Shown here piece by piece: positions 46,119 to 54,583 of a DNA stretch of 64,000 nt (position 1 is its first letter; each line of letters opens with the position of its first letter). The position numbers were made by a program, and so were the translations under genes. This DNA is from an uncultured Halothiobacillus sp. (GTDB lineage: Bacteria; Pseudomonadota; Gammaproteobacteria; Halothiobacillales; Halothiobacillaceae). The stretch lies in contig CAYUAO010000002.1 in assembly GCA_964442775.1 (NCBI GenBank), forward strand, positions 573 to 64,572, in the 5' to 3' direction. The notes under the pieces are model-generated. The model was not told where the DNA came from. It ran no database searches and saw nothing but the letters and a program-made list of their open reading frames with translations.

Positions 46119-48498
46119 TGTCAACGCGATGACAGGGACCGTCCAGAAAGTCACCATGCCCCATCTGCCCGAGCGGCTACCGATCCGCTGCTCTATCCGC
46201 CGACGCGTGAACGTCGCCATCACGCTCGCCCTCGGGGCGCTGCTGGCGTTTCTCGTCGTGGTCTACTGGGTCACCACCAGCAATGAACGATTGCTGACCT
46301 CGATCGAAACCGCGCAGTTTCCGGCCCTCGACCACCTCGAGCGCAACCAGGTGCGCCTCAAGGGAATACGTGATTCCTTCGAACTGGGTGTCACGACGGG
46401 CGAGTCCGCCCTGCTTGGCCAGGCGTCTCAAAACTATGAACGCTTGCAGGACGACTTCGACGCCCTGGAGACCAATCCCAGCGTCGACCACGAGGGACTG
46501 GACCGGACTCGTGGGGAGATAGAAGCCTACTTCCAGGCCGGTGAATCGGTAGCGCGGCGCATTATCGAGGAAGGTGTCTGGGACGGCGTCAGCGACGATG
46601 TCAAGGCGATGAACGAGGCCTACTCCCGGGCGAGCGCTTCGCTCGAGGGAATGGGAGAAGCGAGCCGCAAGCGTTTCAACGACAGTCTCGAAACAGCCGG
46701 GGACAACGCCGAGACCGGCCTTTTCTGGGGGATGGTTCTCGGTTTGCTGACACTCGCCGCGTCGGTGCTGGTCGCCCTGACGGTACGCTTCGTGGTCGAT
46801 CGCCTCGTCGGGGCGAGCCGTTTCCTTGACAAGCTCTCGGATGATCTCGATCTCGACGAGCGCATGCCCGAGAAGGGCAGCGACGAAATGACCAGGCTGT
46901 CTCATTCGTTCAACCAGTTACTCGACCACCTTCAACGCTCCCGTGAGGAACTCACGGCCGCCAAGGAACAGGCCGAAGAGGCCAACCGGACCAAATCGGC
47001 CTTCCTTGCCAACATGAGCCACGAGTTGCGCACTCCGCTCAACGCGGTGATCGGCTACTCGGAAATGCTCTCCGAGGACGCCGAGGATGCCGGGGCGGAA
47101 GACCTGATCCCGGACCTGAACAAGATCCAGGGCGCGGGGCGCCATCTGCTCGCGCTGATCAACGACATCCTCGACATATCCAAGATCGAGGCGGGCAAGA
47201 TGGACGTGCACCTCGAGGCCATCCCGCTCGACCAGGAAGTCGAGCAAGTGATCCACACCGCTGAGGCACTGATGGATCGCAACGACAATCGCCTGGTGAC
47301 ACGGATCGAACCACTGGGCGAGTGGCGGACGGATGCGACCAAGCTGCGGCAGATCCTGTTCAACCTGCTCTCCAATGCTGCGAAGTTCACCGAGAACGGC
47401 GAGGTGCATCTCCAGGCGCGACGCAGGCACGAAGCGGGTGGAGAGTGGCTTGAGTTCGTGGTGAGCGACAGCGGCATCGGCATGACCGAGGAACAGCTGA
47501 GCCGACTGTTCCAGGCCTTCAGCCAGGCGGACTCCTCTACCACGCGCAAGTACGGCGGCACCGGGCTGGGCCTGGCGATCTCGCAGAGTTTCGCCCGCAT
47601 GCTGGGGGGAGACATCACCGTCGAGAGCGAACCGGGTGAAGGCACCACCTTCCGCCTGTGCATCCCACCCGACGACCAGTTGACTTCCGACGAGCAGATC
47701 GCGCCCGCCATGCCGGCTGCGAGCGGATCGGCACAGGCAGGCGGGCACACCACCGGCGAGAACGCGACGATCCTGGTGGTTGACGACGACCCCACCGTGC
47801 GCGACATCCTCACCCGTCAGTTGGCCCGTGCCGGCTACGAGGTATTGCCGGCTTCCAACGGCGAGGATGCCCTGGAGATCGCACGACGTTTCCGTCCGGC
47901 CGCCATCACGCTGGATGTCATGATCCCCGGTCGTGACGGCTGGAGCGTGCTCGGCGACCTCAAGGCCGATCCCGAGACGCGCGACATCCCCGTGGTGATG
48001 ATCACCATGGTCGACGACCGCGAACGCGCCTACACGCTCGGAGCGGCGGAGTACCTGAACAAGCCCATCGACCGCGGAGCACTCCTGGAGATCATGGGCC
48101 GCCTCGGACAGGGCCCTGCCCGGGTTCTTCTGGTCGAGGACGATCCGGACACGCGGGACATGACCCGCCGCTCCCTCGAAAGGCACGGGCACCAGGTGAT
48201 CACGGCTCGAGACGGCTTGGAGGGACTCTCCTCGCTGGAGGAGGCCTCGAGACTTCCGGACGTGATCCTCCTCGACCTGATGATGCCCAACATGGACGGT
48301 TTCACCTTTCTCGATCGACTTGAGGACACCAGGTGGCGGGACATTCCCGTCGTGATCGTCACGGCCAAGGATCTCGACGAAGAGGAACGCTCCTACCTGA
48401 ATCACCGCGTAAACCAGACGATCGCCAAGGAAGGCAACGTCGATCTCCACGCCGCTCTCGAGCAGATCATCGCGCCGGCCCGGAGACAGGGTCCATGA
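46099..48498 (+). CDS. Hybrid sensor histidine kinase: TM, periplasmic helical sensor, TM, HAMP, HisKA, HATPase_c, REC, REC (799 aa)
   Basis: TMs [18 protein letters not shown] and [22 protein letters not shown]-box [19 protein letters not shown]-box [12 protein letters not shown]-boxes DSGIGM and GGTGLGLAI. Two receivers (ILVVDDDP...[12 protein letters not shown]; VLLVEDDP...[12 protein letters not shown]). Later in-frame ATGs at 46129 and 46156 are alternative starts. Confidence 0.92.
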   Translation: MMNRRIDVNAMTGTVQKVTMPHLPERLPIRCSIRRRVNVAITLALGALLAFLVVVYWVTTSNERLLTSIETAQFPALDHLERNQVRLKGIRDSFELGVTTGESALLGQASQNYERLQDDFDALETNPSVDHEGLDRTRGEIEAYFQAGESVARRIIEEGVWDGVSDDVKAMNEAYSRASASLEGMGEASRKRFNDSLETAGDNAETGLFWGMVLGLLTLAASVLVALTVRFVVDRLVGASRFLDKLSDDLDLDERMPEKGSDEMTRLSHSFNQLLDHLQRSREELTAAKEQAEEANRTKSAFLANMSHELRTPLNAVIGYSEMLSEDAEDAGAEDLIPDLNKIQGAGRHLLALINDILDISKIEAGKMDVHLEAIPLDQEVEQVIHTAEALMDRNDNRLVTRIEPLGEWRTDATKLRQILFNLLSNAAKFTENGEVHLQARRRHEAGGEWLEFVVSDSGIGMTEEQLSRLFQAFSQADSSTTRKYGGTGLGLAISQSFARMLGGDITVESEPGEGTTFRLCIPPDDQLTSDEQIAPAMPAASGSAQAGGHTTGENATILVVDDDPTVRDILTRQLARAGYEVLPASNGEDALEIARRFRPAAITLDVMIPGRDGWSVLGDLKADPETRDIPVVMITMVDDRERAYTLGAAEYLNKPIDRGALLEIMGRLGQGPARVLLVEDDPDTRDMTRRSLERHGHQVITARDGLEGLSSLEEASRLPDVILLDLMMPNMDGFTFLDRLEDTRWRDIPVVIVTAKDLDEEERSYLNHRVNQTIAKEGNVDLHAALEQIIAPARRQGP

Positions 48499-48632
48499 GC
48501 ACGGACCAGCAGGCGAACATGGTATCCACGCTCCATTTCTCGTCCCCCCTCGCGATGGTGGCCTCGGTCGACCCAAAGCCGACCGGCCGGGGACACCGGG
48601 GACAACCGGAGCTCAACGGGAGCGTGACATGA
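48495..48632 (+). CDS. Candidate 45-codon small ORF bridging the kinase and cyclase genes
   Basis: It is below the 60-aa track cutoff. It reads [45 protein letters not shown]. Its ATG overlaps the kinase stop (ATGA at 48495-48498) and its stop overlaps the cyclase ATG (ATGA at 48629-48632). 38 of 45 third positions are G or C (counted by hand). Confidence 0.4.
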   Translation: MSTDQQANMVSTLHFSSPLAMVASVDPKPTGRGHRGQPELNGSVT

Positions 48633-50263
48633 CCGACAGATGGACCAGCGAGGCCGCGCTCGCGAGTGTGCGCCACGATCTTCTCGCCCCGGCCAACGCG
48701 ATTGCCGGGTACGCCGACCTGCTGATCGAGGATGCGCCCACGTCGATGGACGCCGATCTCCTGGACGATCTCCAGCGGATCCAGGATGCATCGCGCACGC
48801 TGCTTTCGCTTGCCGACGAGCTGCTGTCGGCCGACCGTATCACGGCGATGGCCGACCAGGGAGGGGATCAGGCTTCCATCGAGGCACGCGTTCGGCATGA
48901 CCTGCGCAATCCGCTCTCGGCGATCCGCGGATACGGTGAAATGATGCTCGAGGAACTCGACGACTCGAACGACGAGTCACTTGGCGAGCTGTCGGAAGAT
49001 CTGCGCCACCTGCTCGAGTCCACCGACGCCCTGCTCGACCAGCTCGAGGCGATCGTGGACTTTTCCGGCGACGGTGGCGCCGGACGGGACGAGGACCTCG
49101 ACCTGCAGGCCATGGCCGCCGAACTCGCAGAGAGCATTCGGCCGAGCGATCGCTCGGCGCACGACCAGGTGGAACCCGGACGCATCCTGCTCGTGGAAGA
49201 CAACGAGTCCAATCGGGCCCTGCTGGCCCGGCGGCTGGAAAAGGCCGGACACACGGTGGTGCAGGCTTCCGACGGCCAGGAAGCGCTAGACGCGCTGGCC
49301 AGGGAGGAAGGTTTCGACCTGGTGTTGCTCGACCTGATGATGCCCGGCATCAACGGCTTCGAAATTCTGATGCGCATCAAGCGCAACCCGTCGCTACGGT
49401 ACCTGCCGGTGATCATGATCTCGGCCCTGCGTGAAATGGGCAGCATCGTGCGCTGCATCGAGGCAGGCGCGGACGACTACCTGCCCAAGCCGGTGAACAA
49501 CACCCTGCTGTTCGCCCGGCTGGACGCCTCGCTGGCGCGCAAGCAGGCACAGGACCGTGAGCGCCGCTACCTGGAGCGCATCGAGGAGGAAAAGGCCAAG
49601 AGCGAGTCGCTGTTGCGCAACATCCTGCCGGAGACCATCGTCGAACGCCTGCACCGGGGCGAGACAGTCACCGCCGACCAGTTCGACGAGGTCACGGTGG
49701 TGTTCACCGACATCGTCGGCTTCACCCGGCTGTCCTCGCGTACCGCCCCCCGGGACATGGTCTCCCGGCTGAACCGTCTGTTCTCGGCCTTTGACCGGCT
49801 CACCCATGAACACGGCGTGGAGAAGATCAAGACCATCGGCGATGCCTACATGGCCGCCGCGGGCCTCCCGGAACCGTGCGAGGACCATGCCCGGCGGGCC
49901 GCGCGACTGGCGCTGGGCATGCAGGAAGCGGTCGCACGCATCAATCGCGATCTGCCGGAGCCGTTCGCCATTCGCGTGGGCATGCACAGCGGCCCGGTGG
50001 CGGCCGGCATACTGGGCACTCACAAGTTCGTCTACGACATCTGGGGCGACACCGTGAACCTCGCGTCGCGACTGGAAAGCTCCGCCCAGCCGAGCACCAT
50101 CTGCCTGTCGGCGGAGACACGGGACTGTCTTGCCGGGCGATTCCGTACCGAATCGCTGGGCGAGCGCGAGCTCAAGGGCAAGGGACGGGTGGCGGTACAT
50201 CGCCTGATCGCCGAGGAAATGAACGGCGCCGACGTGGCGCCGGCCAACGAGGACACACCATGA
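48629..50263 (+). CDS. Two tandem DHp/HisKA-like phosphoacceptor domains (no ATPase domain), REC, and a class III adenylate cyclase catalytic domain (544 aa)
   Basis: H-boxes VRHDLLAPANAIAGYADLL and VRHDLRNPLSAIRGYGEMM. Receiver ILLVEDNESNRALL...LLDLMMPGINGF...DDYLPKP. Cyclase VTVVFTDIVGFTRLS, EKIKTIGDAYMAAAG and FVYDIWGDTVNLASRLES, i.e. the Lys/Asp substrate pair that specifies ATP. Confidence 0.88.
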   Translation: MTDRWTSEAALASVRHDLLAPANAIAGYADLLIEDAPTSMDADLLDDLQRIQDASRTLLSLADELLSADRITAMADQGGDQASIEARVRHDLRNPLSAIRGYGEMMLEELDDSNDESLGELSEDLRHLLESTDALLDQLEAIVDFSGDGGAGRDEDLDLQAMAAELAESIRPSDRSAHDQVEPGRILLVEDNESNRALLARRLEKAGHTVVQASDGQEALDALAREEGFDLVLLDLMMPGINGFEILMRIKRNPSLRYLPVIMISALREMGSIVRCIEAGADDYLPKPVNNTLLFARLDASLARKQAQDRERRYLERIEEEKAKSESLLRNILPETIVERLHRGETVTADQFDEVTVVFTDIVGFTRLSSRTAPRDMVSRLNRLFSAFDRLTHEHGVEKIKTIGDAYMAAAGLPEPCEDHARRAARLALGMQEAVARINRDLPEPFAIRVGMHSGPVAAGILGTHKFVYDIWGDTVNLASRLESSAQPSTICLSAETRDCLAGRFRTESLGERELKGKGRVAVHRLIAEEMNGADVAPANEDTP

Positions 50264-51198
50264 CCGACGACCGAGACGACGCCAAGGACATCACCATGAT
50301 GCGTGACTGGACCCTGATCCAGCACGGCATCGATCGGCTCTCACAGGGGATCTGCGTCTTCAACGGGGATTTTCGCCTCGCACTGTTCAACCGCAATTTC
50401 CTCGACCTGCTCGACTACCCGGAATCCCTGATCCGCATTGGCCTGCCCTTCGAGGAGCTGCTGCGCTTCAACGCCGAACGGGGCGAGTTCGGACCGGGCG
50501 ACACCGAGATGCTCGTCCGCGAACGACTCGATCTGGTACGCAATGCCACCGAACCGCACTGCTTCGAACGCACCCGCCCCAACGGCACGGTACTCGAAAT
50601 CAGCGGTGGCCCCCTGCCCAACGGCGGCTTCGTCTCGATCTACACCGATGTGACCGAGCGAAAGACCCTCGAGGATCGCCTGCGATTCATGGCCACACGC
50701 GACAATCTCACCGGCCTGTACAACCGCGGGCACTTCTTCGAACTGGCCGAACAGGAGCTCGAACGCGCGCGACGCCGGGATCATTCCGTGGCGGTCGTCA
50801 TGCTCGACGTCGACCACTTCAAGCAGTTCAACGATCGCTACGGCCACGCCACCGGCGATGCCGTTCTACGCCTGCTGGCCGACACCCTGAAGGAGAGCCT
50901 GCGCGGTCACGACATCCCCGCCCGCTTCGGCGGTGAGGAGTTCATCGCCCTGCTCCCGGAGACCGAGCCGCCGGAAGCGCGCGACGTAGCCGAACGCCTC
51001 CGTACCCATATCGAGGCGACCCCGCTGACAACCGAGGATCACGGCGTGCTGCGGATCACGGCGAGCCTCGGGGTGAGTTGCGCCAGGGGCGGGGCGATCC
51101 CCTCCCTCGACACCTTGCTCGAACAGGCCGATCAGGGCCTGTATCGCTCCAAGGAGGCCGGGCGCAACCAGGTAAGCTGCATCGACGACCCGGCCTAA
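50260..51198 (+). CDS. PAS-GGDEF diguanylate cyclase with an intact active site and I-site (312 aa)
   Basis: An N-terminal PAS-like domain (GICVFNGDFRLALFNRNFLDLLDYP...GGFVSIYTDVTERK), then RDNLTGLYNRGHF and RGHDIPARFGGEEFIALL (RxxD five residues before GGEEF). ATG 50260 overlaps the cyclase stop (ATGA). Confidence 0.9.
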   Translation: MTDDRDDAKDITMMRDWTLIQHGIDRLSQGICVFNGDFRLALFNRNFLDLLDYPESLIRIGLPFEELLRFNAERGEFGPGDTEMLVRERLDLVRNATEPHCFERTRPNGTVLEISGGPLPNGGFVSIYTDVTERKTLEDRLRFMATRDNLTGLYNRGHFFELAEQELERARRRDHSVAVVMLDVDHFKQFNDRYGHATGDAVLRLLADTLKESLRGHDIPARFGGEEFIALLPETEPPEARDVAERLRTHIEATPLTTEDHGVLRITASLGVSCARGGAIPSLDTLLEQADQGLYRSKEAGRNQVSCIDDPA

Positions 51199-51238
51199 GC
51201 ATGCCCAGGGCAAGAAATCCGTAGAGGAAACGGTCGAC

Positions 51239-51997
51239 ATGAAGATTCGGATACTCGGCGCCGGCGGCAGCATGGCGAACGGACGGCTCAGCACCTCGAT
51301 CCTCATCGACGACACGCTGTTGATCGACGCCGGAACGGGGCTGGCCAGCCTGAACGTCGACGAGATGCTCGGCATCCGGGAGGTGTTTCTCACCCACAGC
51401 CATATCGACCACGTCGCCGCCCTGTCCGCGCTGGGCGACATGCGTCTGGGCCGGGAGCGCCCCCTGCGGCTGCACGCCCACCCAGAGACCCTCGCCGCGC
51501 TCGAGCGACACTTCTTCAACAACGTCCTCTGGCCCGATTTCACCGCCATACCCAGCCGGCAGGAACCGGTCTTTCAACCGGCACCGATGAGACCCGGCCA
51601 GGTAGTGGTGGCCGAAGGCGTGACCCTGACCGCCTTCCGCGCCGAACACCCGGTGCCGGCGCTGGGCTTTCATGTCCAGGATGGCGCCACCTCGATGGTG
51701 TTCTCCGGTGACACCGGTCCCGGTGGCGAGATGGTCGACGTGCTCCACTCGCACCCGGTCCCCGACCTGTTGATCGTCGAGTGCGCGTTCCCCGATCGCA
51801 TGGCCGAGATCGCCCGTCTGGCCGGACATTACACCCCGAGCCCGCTGGCCTTCGATCTCGCCGCCATTCCCCGGCCGCGGCACACCGCGATCACCCACCT
51901 CAAGCCGGGACTCGAGGACGAGATCCGACGCGAGTGCCGCGAACACGACCTCGACCATGTCACCTTTCTCGATGACGGAGAGATTTTCCGGCTCTGA
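51239..51997 (+). CDS. MBL-fold hydrolase resembling class II 3',5'-cyclic-nucleotide phosphodiesterases (252 aa)
   Basis: MKIRILGAGGS...LLIDAGTG...FLTHSHIDHVAAL (HxHxDH), later FSGDTGP and a C-terminal H in ITHLKP. The size and motif order are those I associate with the CpdP/PDE1-type family. A generic MBL hydrolase cannot be excluded. Confidence 0.55.
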   Translation: MKIRILGAGGSMANGRLSTSILIDDTLLIDAGTGLASLNVDEMLGIREVFLTHSHIDHVAALSALGDMRLGRERPLRLHAHPETLAALERHFFNNVLWPDFTAIPSRQEPVFQPAPMRPGQVVVAEGVTLTAFRAEHPVPALGFHVQDGATSMVFSGDTGPGGEMVDVLHSHPVPDLLIVECAFPDRMAEIARLAGHYTPSPLAFDLAAIPRPRHTAITHLKPGLEDEIRRECREHDLDHVTFLDDGEIFRL

Positions 51998-52016
51998 GCG
52001 ACCTCGATTCGTCGTT

Positions 52017-53615
52017 TCACCGTTCCTGCCGCAGGTTTGGCCGCCGATGCCCACGGTTTGACCGGAGCACGGCCAGCGCGAGCAGCACCAGCATCGTGAT
52101 GGCCACCGGCCACTCCCCGAGGCGTGCCAGAGGGGTTGCACCACCGCGCGGAGCGACGTTCTCCGTCAACGTGCCCCGTTCGCCCGTGCCCAGGGAGGAA
52201 ACGACGCGCCCCCGGTAGTCGACGAAGGCCGAAATCCCGGTGTTCGTCGAACGGATAAGCGGTCGGCGATACTCGATGGCCCGCGCCCGGGCCATCTGCA
52301 GATGCTGGTGGGGCGAGAAGCTCTCGCCGAACCACGAATCGTTGGAAACCGTTACCAGCAGGTCGGCGGCGTGGATCGTTCCCCGGATATCGCGGGAGAA
52401 ATCGGCCTCGAAACAGATCGACGCGCCCAGCGTGACCTCCCCGACACGCAGGGGCGACTGGACCGCCGTGCCGGGACTGAGGTCCGACATCGGCACCTCG
52501 AACAGCCACGGCATGCGCTCGATCAGGCCCCGCAACGGAAAGTACTCGCCGAATGGCACCAGGTGGCGCTTGCGATACTCGCCCGCCGCAGCGGGGAACC
52601 CCAGCAGGGTGTTGTAGTAGCGGCCGTCCGAATCGCGCGAGAAGGTGCCGGCCAGCAGGGTGAGATCGCGTTGCCGCGAGAGGGTGTCGAGTTCCTCGCG
52701 CAGTTCGGGGAGATCATCGATCACCCGCGGGACAGCCGTCTCGGGCCACACGACCAGGTCGAGATCGGGAAGCGAATCGGTCAGGTCGCGATAGGTATCG
52801 AGGGTGCGCTGGAAGTAATCCGGATCGAATTTCTGCATCTGCGCGATATTGCCCTGCACGATGCCGACCGACAGCGGCGGCCCGGCGACCCGGGACCACT
52901 CGATCGCGCGCAGCGGCAGCGAGGCGAGAAAAATCGCCGCCATAACGGCGACAGGCGCCAGCCAGCGCCTCCAGTCCGGCCCGTGTATCCCCACCTGCGC
53001 GGCCAGGTGCCAGAGGCCCACGGCCAGCGCCAGGAGGATCGCCGTCACCCCGTACTCGCCGAGTATCGGCAACCAGCCGACCAGCGGGCCATCCACCTGG
53101 CTGATGCCGAGATTGAGCCAGGGAAATCCGCCGAAAAGCCAGCCGCGCAGCGCCTCGATCAGCACCCAGCTCGCCAGGAACGCCGCGGCGCGGAGCGGCC
53201 AGCGGGAATCCGGCGTGACGCGCACGGCCAGCCAGGCCGCGACCGCCGGGTAGAAGGCGAGCACCATCACGAACGCCGCGGTCACCAGCGCCGCCAGCGG
53301 CGCGACGATGCCGCCGAAAAGGGTGAAGCTCTCGTAGACCCAGCTCACCCCGAGGCCGAACTGGCCCAGCCCGAACCACCAGCCCAGACGGAACGCCCGG
53401 GCCGGGCTGCAACGGCGAATCAGCGCGAACAGGATGGCAGGCGCGAGGACCGCCGCCGGCCAGAACGCGAACGGGGCAAAGGCCAGAACCAGCGTGGCGC
53501 CCGCGACCAGGGCGAGCCCGCTGCCGAGCCAGCCGTTCAGGCGATCCGGGATCGCCTGGCGGTCGCCGGGGCGATCAGCGCCGGCCCGATCAGCCCTCCT
53601 CGGCCGGCGACCCAT
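52017..53615 (-). CDS. lnt: Apolipoprotein N-acyltransferase (532 aa)
   Basis: A polytopic N-terminal half plus a C-terminal nitrilase-like domain (VVWPETAVP, SICFEADFS, NDSWFG). It follows corC as in enterobacteria. The ATG at 53615 overlaps the corC 3' end by 26 nt, so the true start may be internal. Confidence 0.92.
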   Translation of the reverse strand: MGRRPRRADRAGADRPGDRQAIPDRLNGWLGSGLALVAGATLVLAFAPFAFWPAAVLAPAILFALIRRCSPARAFRLGWWFGLGQFGLGVSWVYESFTLFGGIVAPLAALVTAAFVMVLAFYPAVAAWLAVRVTPDSRWPLRAAAFLASWVLIEALRGWLFGGFPWLNLGISQVDGPLVGWLPILGEYGVTAILLALAVGLWHLAAQVGIHGPDWRRWLAPVAVMAAIFLASLPLRAIEWSRVAGPPLSVGIVQGNIAQMQKFDPDYFQRTLDTYRDLTDSLPDLDLVVWPETAVPRVIDDLPELREELDTLSRQRDLTLLAGTFSRDSDGRYYNTLLGFPAAAGEYRKRHLVPFGEYFPLRGLIERMPWLFEVPMSDLSPGTAVQSPLRVGEVTLGASICFEADFSRDIRGTIHAADLLVTVSNDSWFGESFSPHQHLQMARARAIEYRRPLIRSTNTGISAFVDYRGRVVSSLGTGERGTLTENVAPRGGATPLARLGEWPVAITMLVLLALAVLRSNRGHRRPNLRQER

Positions 53616-54492
53616 CCGACTCCTCGCTCGGGACGAAATCGAGCTTGGTCACCAGCAGCAGGTGCAGGCGACGCCGGTCGGCCCCCAGGACCTTGAACTC
53701 GTACTCGCCCAGGCGGGCGACCTCGCCCCGACGCGGCAGATGCCCCAGGGTGTTCGATACCAGCCCGCCGATGGTGTCGTACTCGTCGTCGGAAAAGTCG
53801 GTGCCGAACACCTCGTTGAACTCGCCGATCGGGGTCAGCGCGCGGACGGTGTGGCGCCGCGGCGCCTGCTGGCGGATATTCACGCGCTCCTCGACGTCGA
53901 ACTCGTCGTCGATGTCGCCGACGATCTCCTCGAGGACATCTTCGATGGTCACCAGGCCCGCCACCCCGCCGAACTCGTCCAGCACGATCGCCATGTGCGT
54001 CCGCGTGAGGCGGAACTCGGCCAGCAAGGCATCCAGCCGCTTGCTTTCCGGCACGAACATCGGGGTACGCACCAGTTCGAGGAGGTCGAAACTCGACTCA
54101 CGGCCGTTTTCCTCGAAATTGGCGTAGAAGCGCAGCAACTCCTTGACCAGCAGGATGCCGATCACCTCGTCACGATTGCTGCGAATCACCGGGTAGCGCG
54201 AATGGCCGGTCTCGATTGCCGCCGAGAGGAGTTCCGGGAGAGTGGTGCCCTCTTCGATCACGTCCATCTGCCCGCGCGGGACCATGACGTCGCGCACGCG
54301 CAGGTCGTGGAAGTCCAGCACCGAATCGATCAGTCCGCCGGTGGACACCGGAAACACTTCCGATTCGGTGGCCTGGCGCACCAGGGACTTCATCTGTTCG
54401 ACCGAACGCACCTGGCAGGGGCAGAATCGAGTCTTGAGGCGTTGCCAGAAGGATACGCGCGGCGCGTCCGTACTAGGAGGTTCGTCTTCCAT
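53590..54492 (-). CDS. corC: CBS-pair / CorC_HlyC domain magnesium-cobalt efflux-associated protein (300 aa)
   Basis: VRDVMVPRGQM, tandem CBS domains, a C-terminal transporter-associated domain, and the position between ybeY and lnt. Confidence 0.9.
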   Translation of the reverse strand: MEDEPPSTDAPRVSFWQRLKTRFCPCQVRSVEQMKSLVRQATESEVFPVSTGGLIDSVLDFHDLRVRDVMVPRGQMDVIEEGTTLPELLSAAIETGHSRYPVIRSNRDEVIGILLVKELLRFYANFEENGRESSFDLLELVRTPMFVPESKRLDALLAEFRLTRTHMAIVLDEFGGVAGLVTIEDVLEEIVGDIDDEFDVEERVNIRQQAPRRHTVRALTPIGEFNEVFGTDFSDDEYDTIGGLVSNTLGHLPRRGEVARLGEYEFKVLGADRRRLHLLLVTKLDFVPSEESDGSPAEEG

Positions 54493-54583
54493 TGGTCTCT
54501 TCGAGGATTGGTTGAGAAAAGCGGTGAATCAGCTGGATACGATCGAAACCGGAGGTCGTTTACACGAAAGCGGGTCCGATGGT

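Noticed and set aside
42457-52016. A classical tRNA-integrated genomic island or a Pycsar-type defence locus.
   Set aside because: There is no integrase, recombinase or direct repeat of the tRNA 3' end, and no obvious compositional shift. The only cyclase is a receiver-regulated enzyme with ATP-specifying residues and is not adjacent to the cNMP-binding membrane protein.
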